Shown one piece after another: positions 33,661 through 45,510 of a DNA stretch of 64,000 bases. The DNA is from Heteronotia binoei (Eukaryota). How positions within the stretch are numbered: the first letter of the stretch is position 1; every line of letters starts with the position of its first letter. The stretch is from the NCBI RefSeq assembly GCF_032191835.1, contig NC_083229.1, forward strand, positions 14,012,001 to 14,076,000. Direction: 5' to 3'. The position numbers were made by a program, and so were the translations under genes. The notes beneath the pieces were generated by a model that was not told the DNA's origin, did no database searches, and saw only the letters and a list, made by a program, of their open reading frames with translations.

Positions 33661-34699
33661 ATCTGGAGCTCTGGGAGGGCTACTCTTTGTGGTAGAGGCC
33701 CTAAATTTGCAGCACAGCATCTGGTGCCTCCCCCCAAATACTCTCCAAGGTTTTTTTAAAGAAAAAGATTGTACCAGGGAGTCCAATTCTGTGAGCCCCA
33801 GAAGAGAGGGCATTTAAAAGGAGCGCAGTCCCTTTGAATGTGATGGCCAGAACTCCCTTTGGAGTTCAATTATGCTTGTCACAATCTTGGTTCTGGCTCC
33901 ACCACCAATGTCTCCAGGCTCCACCCCAAAGTCCCCAGATATTTCTTGAATTGGACTTGGCAACCCTAATTCTCACAATCTCTATTATGATAAGTTTAAG
34001 GAAGTCCCCAGAGTGCTGCAGAGGCTGCCAGGTCACTTCCACCAAGCTGGCAATGGGCAGGGAAGGACATCGAGTCAAACCGGAAGCCTGTAGATAGATG
34101 AGGAAGAATGAAGGTTTAGGGTTTATTTATTTGATTTATATCCTGCCCTCCCCGCCAGAGCAGGCTCAGGGCACCTCACAACAATAAATGAAACCATCAA
34201 TCGGGAAGGGACGGTGGCTCAGTGGTAGAGCATCTGCTTGGTAAGCAGAAGGTCCCAGGTTCAATCCCCGGCATCTCCAACTAAAAAGGGTCCAGGCAAA
34301 TAGGTGTGAAAAACCGCAGCTTGAGACCCTGGAGAGCCGCTGCCAGTCTGAGAAGACAATACTGACTTTGATGGACCGAGGGTCTGATTCAGTATAAGGC
34401 AGCTTCATATGTTCATATGTTCAATTTAAAAATTGCATAACATTAATATGACAATTTAAAATCCAATCATTAAAACAATCTGGTGCTGATATCACATGTT
34501 GTTCTTCCGCTTCCGATGGCTTCAGTATTCTTACATTTTCTCCCGCAACGGCGGTAACTTCAGATCAATTATAGGCTAACTGGAAGAGTGTGGTTTTACA
34601 GGCCTTGCGGAACTGTTGCCAGCTCCATGCTGGAAAATTCCTGGAGACACGATACAGTCTGGAGGCCATGCTCCCCTGTAGACTACAGACTGCAAACTT

Positions 34700-34955
34700 A
34701 TACCCCGCCCTTCTCTCTCTGAATCAGAGACTCAGAGCAGCTTACAATCTCCTTTATCTTCTTCCCCCACAACAGGCGCCTGCGAGGTAGGTGGGGCTGA
34801 GAGAGCTCTCACAGCAGCTGCCTTTTCAAGGACAACTCCTGTGAGAGCTATGGCTGACCCAAGGCCATTTCAGCAGGTGCAAATGAAGGAGTGGGGAATC
34901 AAACCCGGTTCTCCCAGATAAGAGTCAGCATGCTTAACCACTATACCAAACTGGC
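34700..34955 (-). mobile_element. Squam3-like SINE (copy at 50212-50467)
   Basis: Reverse-complement family consensus. Confidence 0.75.
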
Positions 34956-34979
34956 CCTCAGAGGAATGTGGGAGTAAAA

Positions 34980-35290
34980 GGGCTGACCCTGGATAAATTC
35001 TTATTTGGCAATATTTTTTCTATAGAATTGGCCTCTGATGTAAACATCAGATAGTGAGAAATCAGGAACTTGGAGTAGAAAGATAACCACACGCTTCATG
35101 GTTATTGTTTTCTGCAGAAAACTAAGGGAAATACGAAGCCCAAACACCTTGCTCCTTGTTCATTACCCGTCTCCATCTCTGTGCCCACAAGTTCTACTTG
35201 CAAAGCTTCCTTGAAGGACACCTTGAGAGCTTTGGAGTCTTCTTGATCTTTGACGTTGGACTGTTGCAGAAGAGGTAAGTTTGAGATATT
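34980..35290 (+). promoter_or_regulatory. Truncated upstream module of the 37399 gene (exon 1 absent, exon-2 acceptor altered, donor 35275 intact)
   Basis: Begins at the intron-1-like ACCCTGGATAAATTCTTATTTGG; has CATCTCTGTGCCC where paralogs have CATCTCAGTGCCC; GAG|GTAAGT retained. Confidence 0.5.
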
Positions 35291-37398
35291 CCCATGATCA
35301 CTCTTTTATTTGCCTTAGGAGAACATTGGCGTTAACTACGCAACTTTCTAACGTATGATACAGAGATCTGATCTATTGGAATATCTATTAATATCATGAG
35401 GAGTCAAGGAGAGGGGAAGCTGCTATGGAAGTAGCTGGCTGACAAGAGACCAGATGGGGGAGTGGACAAGACGACGAAGTTGTGGGGAGAAGAGACAGGG
35501 GGGCAGGGATGGTTGGACAAGCATTATGGAGAGCCAGCATGATTTAGTGGTTAAAAGTGTTGAGTTGTACCCTAGAGAAATGGGTTTGATACCCCATTCC
35601 TCCTCCTTGTGAAGCAAGCTGGGTGACCATGATGGTGAGAGGTCTGGAGACAAAGTCCTATTAGGGAAAGGTTGAAGGATCTGGGGATGTTTAGCCTAGA
35701 GAGGAGGTGGCTGAGAGGTGATATGATCACCATCTTCATGTACTTGAAGGGCTGTCTTATAGAGGATGGTGTGGAATTGTTTTTTGGGGCCCCAGAAGGT
35801 AGGATCAGAATCAATGGGTTGGAATTAAATCAAAAGTTTCCGGCTCAACATTCGGAAGAAATTCCTGACCATTAGAGCAATTCCTCAGTGGAACAGGCTT
35901 CCTCGGGAGGTGGTGGGCTCTCCTTCCTTGGAGGTTTTTAAACAGAGGCTAGATGGTCATCTGACAGCAATGAAGATCCTGTGAATTTAGGGGTAGGTAT
36001 TGTGAGTTTTCTGCATTGTGCACGGGGTTGGACTAGATGACCCTGGAGGTCTCTTCCAACTCTATGATTCTATGACCTTGGGCCAGTCAGAGTTCTCTCA
36101 GAACTCTCTCAGCCTCTCCTGTCTCACAAGTTGCTTATTGTTGGGAGAGGAAAGAAAGGTGAATGTAAGCTGCTTTGAGTCTCCTTAAGGAGACTGAGGA
36201 AAGAAAGGAAGGTAGAGGGGGAGGAGAAGTTGCAGGCTAATGTTGAGAGTAAAGGGAGGAGGGAAAAATGGGAAAAAATGGGAGATGGAAGTGTCTTAGG
36301 AGACAGATATCATGATTCTGGTGTCAGAAGCCAGAAGAAAGTGAGTGAATTTCCCTGTGAGTTTCTCAAAGGTCACTTCTAGATCCCTTCAGTTTCTTGA
36401 CTGATTAAGAAAAGGCTATTCTTGAGTGCTCAAGTGGTGACTTTGTACATGTTGTCAAAGAGTTCTGAAAAGAAGATATTGAAGAATATATTGGATTTAT
36501 ATCCTACCCTATACTCTGAATCTCAGAGTCTCAGATCGGTCACAGTCTCCTTTACCTTCCCCTGGCCCCACAACAGAAACCCTGTGAGGTAGGTGGGGCT
36601 GAAAGTGCTCTTACAACAGCTGCCCATTCAAGGACACCTCCTACAAGAGCTATGGCTAACCCAAGGCCATTCCAGCATCTACAAGTGAAGGAATGGGGAA
36701 TCAAACCCGGTTCTCCCAGATAAGAGTCCGCACACTTAACCACTACACCAAACTGGCTCTCCAAAAGTGGAGTTTTCATGAGTCAGAAGACAAAAAAAGT
36801 TTTCTACTCTTTGTCTACAGTTTTTCAGGAATGATCCTTTGGGTGAGGGCTACAATCCCAGAGAATTCTATATCAACTGGATGTGGTGAGTTAATTCTGG
36901 GAAATTATTGTGCCTTTAGAATACAAACACTTTCTCTTATTTTGTGGAAATGTGTGATACTGGCTCCTTTGTATGATGCGTACAGTCCTTGAGAATTTCA
37001 TCCTGATTGATTAACAGGGGTAGAAAATCCGAGAGGGCGTCTATAGAGAAAGAGTTGTTGTGTAAATTCCTGTCTTCATGTATGTTTTGCAAACCGTTTC
37101 TGTCCTAGAAATAGCTTTTGTGGTCATAATAGAAGAAGTGGATTTTTGAATATTTATTGATTCTTTGAATATTTAGAATATTTTATTTATTCTTTGAATA
37201 TTTTATTTATTAATTGAATATTTAGAAAATATTTATAAGTTTCACCATTTCAATCTTAATTCAATCATATATTTCTTCAAATGATCCGATGTTTATGGCA
37301 AAATTATTTGCTCATTTCCTTGAAATAAAACATTACCTTTCTTGTCTCTTCTCTCCTGCTAGGACTGTCTATAAAACAAAAGGCCGAGATTGCCTGCA

Positions 37399-38379
37399 AT
37401 GGCCAATTTCAGCAAGACATCCGTGTCTTCTGTGAATTATGGACCACAATGTGCTGCTATGTACAATAATACTCTGTCATCGACTCACAATATTTCCAAC
37501 AGTGGACCAGAGGAGAATTCCAGTTCTGATTTTATCTTCATGTTATATAGTTGCATCTTCGCGTTATATATTTGCATCATTGGACTTGTGGGGAATGGAA
37601 TTGTCATCTACCTTCTCGGTTTCCGCATTAAATGGAGCCATTTCACTATTTACATCCTGAACCTGGCTGTTGCTGACTTTGGGAATCTTCTGTTCCTTAA
37701 TCTGAGTGTTATTTTAATACTGACGAACACAGGAAGCGAACATGGGTTTACAGCTGTTTCATGGTTTGCCTTATTCATGTATACTGCGAGTCAACTTCTA
37801 TTGACCGCCATCAGCATTGACAGGTGTGCCTCTGTCCTCTTCCCCATCTGGTATCGATGCCGTCCGCCACCACACCTGTCCACCATGGTGTCTGCCCTGT
37901 TGTGGGTTCTCTCCTTCCTGTCCTCCGGCAGTGGAATAATTTTGCAGCATTTTGGGGCATACGGGACATTTCATTTTACATTTATTGCAGGTTCTGCTGT
38001 TTTCTTCCCTCTGATCATTATCTCCACCATGATTCTGTTGTTCAAAGTGTACTGTATATCGCAGCAGCCTCAGAGAGGAAGAGTTCTAACCATCGTGTTA
38101 ATTACTCTCCTTTTCTACTTAATCTTTGCTTTCCCCACGAATGCTATTTACACACTCAATTATTTTGCTGATTATAACTACGTCCATCTAGAAATATATG
38201 GCGACTTAGGCGCCTGCCTCAACAGCTGTGTCAACCCGGTGATCTATTTCCTGGTTGGGAGGAAGGAGATGGGTCAACAAAGGCAGAGCCTGAAGGTTCT
38301 ACTCCAAAGGGCTTTCCAGGAGGAGGAAGAGCAGACAGAGCAACAGGAACAGGGCAACACAACCCAGACATCAATCTGA
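37399..38379 (+). CDS. MAS1/MRGPR-family GPCR, 326 aa, intact (copy A)
   Basis: MANFS start after acceptor AG 37361-37362; all seven TM motifs are present (AISIDRC, IFAFP, NSCVNPVIYF). Confidence 0.95.
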   Translation: MANFSKTSVSSVNYGPQCAAMYNNTLSSTHNISNSGPEENSSSDFIFMLYSCIFALYICIIGLVGNGIVIYLLGFRIKWSHFTIYILNLAVADFGNLLFLNLSVILILTNTGSEHGFTAVSWFALFMYTASQLLLTAISIDRCASVLFPIWYRCRPPPHLSTMVSALLWVLSFLSSGSGIILQHFGAYGTFHFTFIAGSAVFFPLIIISTMILLFKVYCISQQPQRGRVLTIVLITLLFYLIFAFPTNAIYTLNYFADYNYVHLEIYGDLGACLNSCVNPVIYFLVGRKEMGQQRQSLKVLLQRAFQEEEEQTEQQEQGNTTQTSI

Positions 38380-39422
38380 TACCACCATCATATCAAAATG
38401 CATCTTGCTTTGCTGAAAAAATTGCAATTGTCACCCTCTGACCTTGTCCCTCCCACATGCCATAAATCTCAGAGCTCCTTTGGTTCACAAGACCTCATCC
38501 AGCCAGAGGAAAACTGAGGATTTGTCTTGTACAAAGTCAGTACACCGTGATCCGGAGGATGCACAATCTATTGCATCTCCAGAGATGATGGTTTCATATC
38601 CATGCTTTTTCATGTGCATTCTTATTTCATGTATCCGATTCAGTTTTGAAGTTTGCTTTTGTAGTGCATTGAGCATAAACGCTTCCCAATAAACGGCTTA
38701 ATTTGTATCAGTAACATTTTGGATTCTGTGCCTTCCTAGTGACAAGCAGGTACCCACCAGAGTAGAAGTCACCCACAGGAAAAGAGACCTCCTCCTTAAC
38801 ATGACCAAATCAATAAGGATGATGTGCAATGAATTGCATCTCCTGCCCACACCCAAATTCACGTGAAATCAGTGTCCCAGGAATCCATGTCCCATGAAAA
38901 TACTCATTCAAGAATTGATCCTGCAACTCTTTAAGATCCCTCTCACACAGTCCATAGGAAGCAAACGTTATTCTTAGAACTATAAATTGGCTAATCTATG
39001 CTGCGCTAAAAAGTGCAGAGATGGAATGGCTCAGTGGTAGAGCATCTGCTTGGCACGCACAAGCTATGAGGCTCACCTCCAGGCATCACTAGGCAACAGG
39101 TGATGGGAATCAGGTAGGAGGTGATGGGAAAGATCTCAGCCCTGGATACCATCACCACCATGCAGAAGCATGAGGCCCACTGCCAGTCTGAGTAGGCAAA
39201 ATTAACTTTGAAGGACCGATCATTTGATTCAATATAAGGCAGCTTCATATACGTATCCATGTGTCCTGCACAATACAGACCTGCCTAATCACCTAATCAA
39301 ATTCTTAATCAACAGGATGACTTCACCTTCTACCCTTCTACACGGCTGGAAGCAACTGAATTATCCAAAGTTTCAGATTTCTTAAACTGGCTACAAAGAC
39401 ATCTGACCAGATTGGTGTAGAG

Positions 39423-39557
39423 CAGGGGTGGCCAACGGTAGCTCTCCAGATGTTTTCGCCTACAACTCACATTAGCCCCAGCCATTGGCCATGCTGGCTG
39501 GGGCTGATGGGAGTTGCAGGCAAAAAACATCTGAAGAGCTACCGTTGGCCACCCCTG
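39423..39557. mobile_element. Palindromic hAT MITE nested in a SINE head (copy at 54944-55078)
   Basis: Perfect 8-bp TSD GTGTAGAG (39415-39422, 39558-39565). Confidence 0.9.
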
Positions 39558-40904
39558 GTGTAGAGGTTAAGAGTGGCAGACTCTAATCTGGAGAACAGGT
39601 TTGATTCCCCACTCCTCCACGTGAAGCCTGCTGGTAACCTTGGGACAGTCACAGTCCTCTCAGAGCTCTCTCATCCCCATCTACCTCACAGGGTGTCTGT
39701 TGTGAGAAGTGGAAGCGAAGGAGATTGCAAGCTGCTCTGAGACTCTAAGTGAAGAGCAGGTTATGAATCCAACTTCTCCTCCTCTTCCTTCTCCTCCTTC
39801 TCCTCCTCTTCCTCCTCCCCCCCCCTCTAAATGAATGAGTTCTATGCTGTAGCAAGGACTATTCATACTTTTCAGATGTGTAGGGTTTCCTAATTATTAC
39901 CTACCAATTATAATAAGCAGGACTATTTATCTCACTGCAGTTCCCATGAGCCTTTGGGGATCGCGGCCAGTAGAAGCGAGAGCATCGTGGATGCTGTGAT
40001 ATCACTCACCCAGAAGGAATATTGAAAGGCAACCTGTGGCTACCAACATGTGAGCATTCCCACCTCCCCCATTGTCTCACAACGACAACCCTAGGCTGGC
40101 ATTGTGGGATGGGCCCAAGGTCACCCAGTGAGCTCCCATGGGACAATTGATTTCTCTATTGTTTATTTATTTAGATTCTTTATCATCTACCTTTCTCACT
40201 GGCATTCAAGGCAGAATACAAAGAGTGAATCAATACAATCAAAAGGACGGGGCATTTGGCAAGCCATGGCCTAAGATTTGGGTGTAGAACGAACCTGAAA
40301 TCTAAAATAGAGGACTGAAGAAAAGCCTGAGTGCTAACTTGTCACTTCAAATGATCCGCAGTTGCTTAACTGATGGAGAGCCAGTTTGGTGTAGGGGTTA
40401 AGTGTGCGGACTCTTATCTGGGAGAACTGGGTTTGATTCCCCGCTCCTCCACTTGCACCTGCTAGCATGGCCTTGTTCAAATGAATGTCCCAAGGGGAAA
40501 ATAAGAAATATCTTCCCAACAGTAAGAAAAAGCTCAGAGAATTACCCGGGGCTCTCGGTGTGCCTTCTGCAACTCTTCATTATGCACCAAAAACAGGGAT
40601 GGGAGGGAGGATATTAGATAGTTGGCTGGAGAGTGCAGGAAGTGGGGGTCCTTCGGATACCCTGACTCAAAGCAGTCTTGAAGGTGAGAAGCAGCACTGT
40701 GAATTGTACCCAGAAAGAAATGGACGATGGGCAACCAACCCTTAGAATTGTAGAATCAGGGGCCATACAGACCATCTAGTAGGGAAGGTTGACTCTCCAG
40801 ATGTTTTTTTGCCTACATCTCCCATCAGCCCCAGCCATTGGCCATGCTGGCTGGGGCTGATGGGAGTTGTAGGCAAAAAAACATCTGGAGAGCCAACGTT
40901 CCCT

Positions 40905-41210
40905 ACCCCTTAGTCCAACCCCCTGCTCCATGCAGGATCCGCCTAAAGCATCTCCAAGAAATAAACATCCAGCTGCATTTTGAAGACTGCCAATGAACGG
41001 GAGCTCACCACCTTCCTAGGCAGCTGTTCCTCCTCTGAACTACTCTGACTGTAATTCCCCACCCCACCCCACGCCTAATATCCAGCCGGTACCTTTCTGC
41101 TTGTAATTTGAGCCCATTGCTTCTGGTCCTATCCTCAGCTGCCAAGTGGGAACAGCTCCTTGCCCTCCTCTAAATGACAGCCCTTCAAATACCTAAGGAG
41201 AGCAATCATG
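40905..41210 (-). mobile_element. Old CR1 3' fragment, preceded by a MITE variant (40790-40905)
   Basis: AGTCCAACCCCCTGCTCCATGCAGG...GAGCTCACCACCTTCCTAGGCAGC...TGACAGCCCTTCAAATA resemble CR1 3' sequence. Confidence 0.65.
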
Positions 41211-42519
41211 ACCTCAGTGAAGTACAATGCCACAGAGTCCACCTTCCAAAGCATCCCTTTATTCCTGAGGAGCTGATCTTTCACCAGAGTGCTATGGTCC
41301 CTGTATCCACCCCTAACTCTATGTCATCCCCAGGAAAACAGTGTCGGGGAGTGGGACATCACATTGCTGAGGACTTCTTTTCAGAAAAATAATAACTCCG
41401 AAGAACGCAATATGGTCTTGTCACAGACTACAGCGGGGTCCAGCACACAAATAGGTCCTAAATTCTCTCACTTATGTCATTAGCACTTCTGTCTCTTTAG
41501 TACCTTTGTGGGTTCAGTGGTCCAGCAGATATGAATTCCTCTGAGGAAGGTCTCTCCAGGCCCGGCACATGAGGTTCTTGTGCCTCAGGCAGAACCCCAG
41601 CATGCCCACCCCAACCTTGGGAGCAAACTATTTCTGCATGCGTGGCGCTATGACATCACTTATAAGTGACCTCATTGCACTGGACACAGTGCCTTCTCCT
41701 GCCCAGCGTGCTCCGAGTTCAGAGTGCGCTGGGCAGGGGAATTCACATTCTTCCTGGGCCCAGAAAGAACACTGGGCTCCTACTCTCATCCAGCGTGCTC
41801 TGAGTTTGGACTACGCTGGGTGGGAGAAGCTGTGTTCTTTCTCAGCATTGAGGGATCGGGGGAGCTTCTCCAACCCCTCAGAGTCAAGAAAGGCTCAGGG
41901 ACGGAGTGAGCAGGGACGAGGAGGGGGTGCTCACCCCGCCCAAGCTCCTGCCGAGAGCTGGTGCCCCAGGCAGACGCCTAGTTCACCAATTCCCACGTGC
42001 CGGCCCTGGGTCTCTCTATGCCTCCAGAACTCCTATGGGCTTTCAACCTTCTCCTCCTCTTTCAACAGCAGATTCATGTAAAAGGCATTACTGTTGTTTC
42101 ATCGGCTTGTGATCAGCATACGACTCAACGCAACCACTTTATGCATCATGAGAAGAAGCCTGCTGATCATATAACATTGATAGCGAGTGCAACATGGCGT
42201 GTTCTTTGCTTTTCTTTTGGTGTTGCAAACTGCTGTGAGCTTTTGAGGAAGAAGAAGGAAAAAAAAAAAAACAGCACAAAAGGGACTGAATAAATACAGT
42301 AGATAAACTCTGCTAGGAGCTCTCAGAATCCTGCAAGTTATTCCGAATTCTTCTACTCAGCAGTCAGTTTGTTGAGAACTATAAAAGTATCATGTTTCCC
42401 ACTAATTTTTCAGGAAGGAGATGCAAACAAACAATTCTATTTGTACCAGTTCCGTGGATGGAGACAGATAAGGAAAAGAGTTATAACGATATAATATTCT
42501 CACATGCACATTTATCTAT

Positions 42520-42900
42520 CCGGGTATTACTTCTAAGATGTTTCCCCTGATATTAATGTCACATAGTGGGGAATCAGGAACTCACAGTCTGCTGATCATC
42601 ATCTTCTGCAAAACATACAGAAAGAGACCCATCTTGTTGCTTGTTCATTCCCATCTCTGTCTCTCTGTCCTGAAGTTCTTGGAGAACTTCCTTCAAGAAC
42701 ACAATTGCAGCTTTGGAGCCTCTTGAACAGCTGACACTGGATCCACTGCAGATAAGGTAAGGTGAAGATATCCCCGTGACCACTCTTTTGTTTGACTTAA
42801 GAAAAAATGGCACCAGCTACATGGCTTTTTAACTTATGAAAAGAGATTAATTAATTGGGAAATCAATTAACATCATGAAGAAGGGAGGGGAAATCCAGGT
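42520..42900 (+). promoter_or_regulatory. Degenerate orphan upstream module truncated by the Ngaro-like element (copy at 58040-58420)
   Basis: GAATCAGGAACTCA...ATCATCTTCTGCAAAA...AAG|GTAAGG(42749)...GGAAATCAATTAACATCATGA match the module; no coding exon follows. Confidence 0.5.
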
Positions 42901-42975
42901 GAGTAGCTGAGTTGGTCATAAAGATGCTATTGCATTACAGAGAGCCAGTCTGATGTAATAGTTAAGAGGGTCAGC

Positions 42976-43890
42976 ACAACGACCCGAGTCAGCAGGGCCC
43001 ACAAACAGGTAGTTGTCCAAATAATGAACGACGTCCTGTAAACTCACTTTCTCGTGCACAGCCCATTCCAAAAAGGTGCTGAAACACTCGAAAGCGGCAC
43101 ATGATACAGAGCAACCCATAGGCAATGCCCTGTCCATGTAAAATTGCCCTGCAAACGAAAAACCCAGCAGCTCAAAATCATCCAGGTGGACAGGGAGAAG
43201 GCGAAATGCCGACTTGATATCGCATTTCGCCAACTCAGCCCCCTGACCACAGCATCGCACGATGCACACGGCCTGATCAAATGAGGTGTACCTAACGGAA
43301 CATAGCTCCTCGGGTATGCCATCATTGACAGAAGAACCCCTGGGGTAAGAAAGATGGTGAATCAAACGAAATTCACCAGGTGCTTTCTTTGGCATGACTC
43401 CCAACGGGGAAACCCTAAGATTCAACACAGGAGGACTGGCGAAAGGGCCCAAAATCCTGCCCTACGCCAGCTCCTTAGCAATTTTTGCTTCCACTATATG
43501 CTTTAAACCCACAACTGACTTAAGGTTCCTGGACCAAGTTGGTACTCGAGAACCTTGAAAAGGAATTCTAAAACCCAACGTAAAACCGTTCAACAAATAA
43601 CAACTGTCCTCCCTACGTGGGTACCTACGAAGCCACTTCTCAAGAGGCCCCACCTTTATCGGGCTGGGACCACTTTCCAGTTTGAGAAGGACCCCCGCCT
43701 GATCTTTTCTGGCCCTTATGTGGTCGAACTCTAGGGCAGTTGTTGAAGGAATGTGGGCCAGCACACAGGGGGCATTCGTGCTTAAAGTGGCAGTCTTTAC
43801 GACTGCACGCCCCCTGGGACCCATACTCCCAGCAAAGCAAGCAGGATTGAACCACCTGCCCTGCAACCCTGCGGGAGGAGGAGGATGCAC
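42976..43890 (-). pseudogene. Ngaro-like ORF2 reverse transcriptase, disabled
   Basis: ORFs 43462..43890 and 42916..43452 are the same frame, separated by one TAG (KELA*GRILGPF). Catalytic YLDD reads YLDN (codon 43012-43014). Truncated at ~42976. Confidence 0.85.
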
Positions 43891-45027
43891 CAGAAGGCGA
43901 AGAGGAAGCCCTAGTCACTAGGTGACCACTGTCAGATTGGTCCCCCAAATTGGGCCGAGCAGGTGACATCACCTGCAGCCACAACTGTTGGTGAATCCGA
44001 TCCCAAGGGAGTGAAGGGTACAAAGCGGCCCTCATCCTGAACTCCTGGTCATATTGGATCCAGGCCGGGCCGCTGAACATCGTATACCCCTTGTATATGA
44101 TGTCCATATATTGAATCAACGCGGCGGCCCGCCAGGGCTGCGCACGTGCTATCACTCCCGCATATATGAAAAACCCCGGGAGCCAATTGGCCCAGGTCTG
44201 ATCAACCTTCCTCTTCCTGAGCTTCTCCTTCTCTTTATCGTCCAGCTCCTCCTTGTCCTTCTTCTCCAATTCCCTAAATAAAAGGGAGAATACGTCCACA
44301 TATTCCCCTTTTAAGATTTTCTCTCTCGTGGCAGGCAGCAGGTGATCACCCAGCGGCAAAGCCACCTCCCTAAAAGGCATAGCACTAAAGGGGACCGCCC
44401 CATATGGAGATGGGAAACCCCAACCTCTAGGCCAAGTCGCTGCGGATCCCTGCTGACCCACCCCGGGCCAATTACCAAATGGACCAAACTGACTCTGTGG
44501 CTACATCCAGTTGCTCTGCTGCTCTAAGCCTGGAGTAGAAGGAGCCCCAGCACCGCCCAACGGAGCACCCGCCCCACCAGGACCAGCAGACCCCCAAGCC
44601 CCCCAAGGCCACACAGGCCCAGGATGAGGCAAAGAGCCGTCCCCAGACTTACCAGCCGATAAAGCAGGCACCAAAGCTGATCCAGTACCACCTGCACCGG
44701 ACGACGTGCCCGCACCAACATCAGAGCCAGCAGGCCCCACAGCTCCTCCAGCAGCAACTGCAGCAGATCTGCCCTCCAAAAGAGATAAGCGGGTCAATAT
44801 ATCTGCCTGCAAAGCACGCTTGGACAACCGACCCTTCTTGGGCAACTGAGAAGGTGGAAACCCCGATGCCTGCTCAAGTGCCCGCAGCCTCTGAAAAATG
44901 GCTGCATTAACTTCATCGTCCCCTTCATCGTCCGAAGACGAAGGGGGGGGGGCTTAGAAGGAGGCTTAGGAGCCTTAGGGGCAGGCTGTTTCCCTTTTGA
45001 TTTTCCACTGCCTTTGCGACCCGACAT
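43640..45027 (-). pseudogene. Ngaro-like ORF1 (gag-like, C-terminal CWEY..C..C.FKHEC..C..H..C finger), disabled
   Basis: Lys/Pro-rich and acidic N-terminus, GA-rich linker, in-frame TAG at 44501-44503, and a G10 run at 44943-44952 that frameshifts this copy relative to copy B (G11). Confidence 0.8.
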
Positions 45028-45510
45028 GTTCGCTAAAGAGCACAGCAAACAGCAGACTTTCTTTAACTAGCTTAGCCAAGCCTAAGGCCAGCAAAAGAAT
45101 AAAAAGGGGGAAAACAGCCCTCAAAATGGCCACCACCCCAGTGAACTCTAAAATGGCCGTCACCTAAACACCTCGTAAAATGGCTGCCCGAAGAGCAAGG
45201 GTGTGATGAAGAAGAAGCAAGGCCAAAATGGCCCCCAAGCACCAGGGAGACGTACAGCACCTCAAAATGGCCGCCCCAAGCACACGGCTTAAGGGAGAAG
45301 AAGCAAGGCTAAAAATGGCTGCCCAGCCTCAGGGAGAAGTACTCTTACCAGCACCCCTGAACTTCAGCCTCTCAAAACAGCTGCCCAGCCCCGCTGTTCC
45401 CCACAGTCTTGGTCAAATGGCCACCCCGTCCCCTGACAGCACCACAGTCCTGAATAAGACACCTAAAAAAAGTCTGCTGTGAAAACGTTGAGAAAGCAAC
45501 GTCACCCCAG

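Larger units (their letters stand above)
42976..45460 (-). mobile_element. Ngaro/DIRS-like tyrosine-recombinase retrotransposon, 3'-truncated (copy A)
   Basis: RT ORF with GPF..P..NLRVSPLGVMPKK.PGEFRLIHHLSYP.G.SVNDGI, KCDIKSAFR, LPMG, YLDN(D)YL; overlapping upstream gag-like ORF with a Cys/His finger. The RT breaks off after DSGRC into a SINE head. No RNase H or YR present. Confidence 0.85.

Noticed and set aside
41569-42081. 170-aa ORF (and copy 57091..57603)
   Set aside because: No recognisable domain, GC-rich repeat-like DNA, overlapped by other short ORFs; conservation is explained by the recent duplication.
45120-45425. CRISPR-like repeat/spacer array
   Set aside because: Eukaryotic context, an 8-bp motif only, irregular spacing and no cas genes.
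42976-45460. Active or domesticated Ngaro RT
   Set aside because: In-frame TAG, YLDD->YLDN and truncation before RNase H/YR.
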